Part shown: one piece after another, positions 53,743 through 53,975 of the stretch
Position numbering within the stretch: the stretch's first letter is position 1
Layout: each line of letters opens with the position of its first letter
Source: an uncultured Anaerolineales bacterium
GTDB lineage: Bacteria > Chloroflexota > Anaerolineae > Anaerolineales > UBA11579
Reading direction: 5' to 3'
Assembly: GCA_965370435.1 (NCBI GenBank)
Contig: CBDUUP010000001.1
Location: forward strand, 1-53,975
DNA length: 53,975 bases
Notes under the pieces: model-generated
The model's input: only the letters and a program-made list of their open reading frames with translations
Databases searched by the model: none
Told to the model about the DNA's origin: nothing
Position numbers and translations under genes: made by a program

Positions 53743-53873
53743 GAATAGGTATTGAATTTTCTCAGTTTTTTATTGGCGGATAGTACTTAAAAAATAGTTA
53801 TCAATTGCCTGCAGTAAACTGCTCGATCAGAGGCGGACGGGGAGGTTTATATTTGAAAATATGGGTTCACTCT

Positions 53874-53975
53874 TCACATAGTGATGACGACATTTCCCTT
53901 TTTGTGCCCTTTTTCGACATACCTGTGAGCGTCGGCAATCTGTTCCAAAGGATAGCGTCTATCTTTAGCCGCCTT
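53874..53975 (-). CDS. MDR-superfamily oxidoreductase (copy 3), C-terminal 33 codons only, truncated by window edge
   Basis: The minus strand reads [33 protein letters not shown]. This is the same ending as copies 1 and 2 (DRRYPLSE...GHAxGKxVITx). Confidence 0.6.
   Translation of the reverse strand, partial: KAAKDRRYPLEQIADAHRYVEKGHKKGNVVITM

Noticed and set aside
1-53975. A search for integrase, transposase, recombinase, reverse transcriptase, toxin-antitoxin pairs, rRNA/tRNA genes and prophage genes.
   Set aside because: None of the ORFs of 60 aa or more shows the corresponding motifs. The repeat-bracketed cassettes therefore lack any visible autonomous mobility gene in this window.

Overview
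About 54 kb of mostly GC-rich bacterial chromosome, with several visibly AT-richer patches: 1-903, ~6.3-7.5 kb, 9.9-10.9 kb, 11.78-11.92 kb, 22.7-25.0 kb and 49.1-54.0 kb. The gene style suggests a Chloroflexota-like organism: archaeal-type ProRS, split nuo/atp loci, frequent TTG/GTG starts and hairpin-rich spacers. That assignment is inference only.

Core content:
- A translationally coupled helicase-like / UvrD-type helicase / Fe-S PD-(D/E)XK nuclease operon (AddAB-like, split into three genes), followed by recJ.
- A solitary mrr gene.
- A MazG-like / APH-fold kinase / LOG-family trio behind a promoter-terminator leader.
- proS, rpsO-pnp and sppA.
- A stand-alone SIR2-like/TPR fusion gene.
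- An ArsR-MFS pair and murE.
- A 12-kb minus-strand run with only membrane subunits of complex I (nuoA-H-J-K-L-M-M-N, two NuoM copies, long NuoL) and of ATP synthase (atpZ-like, a, c, b, plus a delta C-terminal fragment in frame with atpF across a TAG).
- A transglutaminase-like membrane protein, a GAF-PAS class III cyclase and a large secreted SpoIID-like/LamG/FG-GAP protein.
- An AT-richer block of iterated MDR-oxidoreductase/membrane-protein modules.

Almost every spacer carries short-word 'tile' repeats, GC hairpins or foldback elements. Four self-contained genes (mrr, SIR2-TPR, cyclase, FG-GAP protein) are each bracketed by inverted copies of such repeats.

I saw no rRNA, tRNA, CRISPR array, integrase or transposase. 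All calls rest on motifs read by eye. No alignments or searches were run, and repeat boundaries are accurate to a few nt only.
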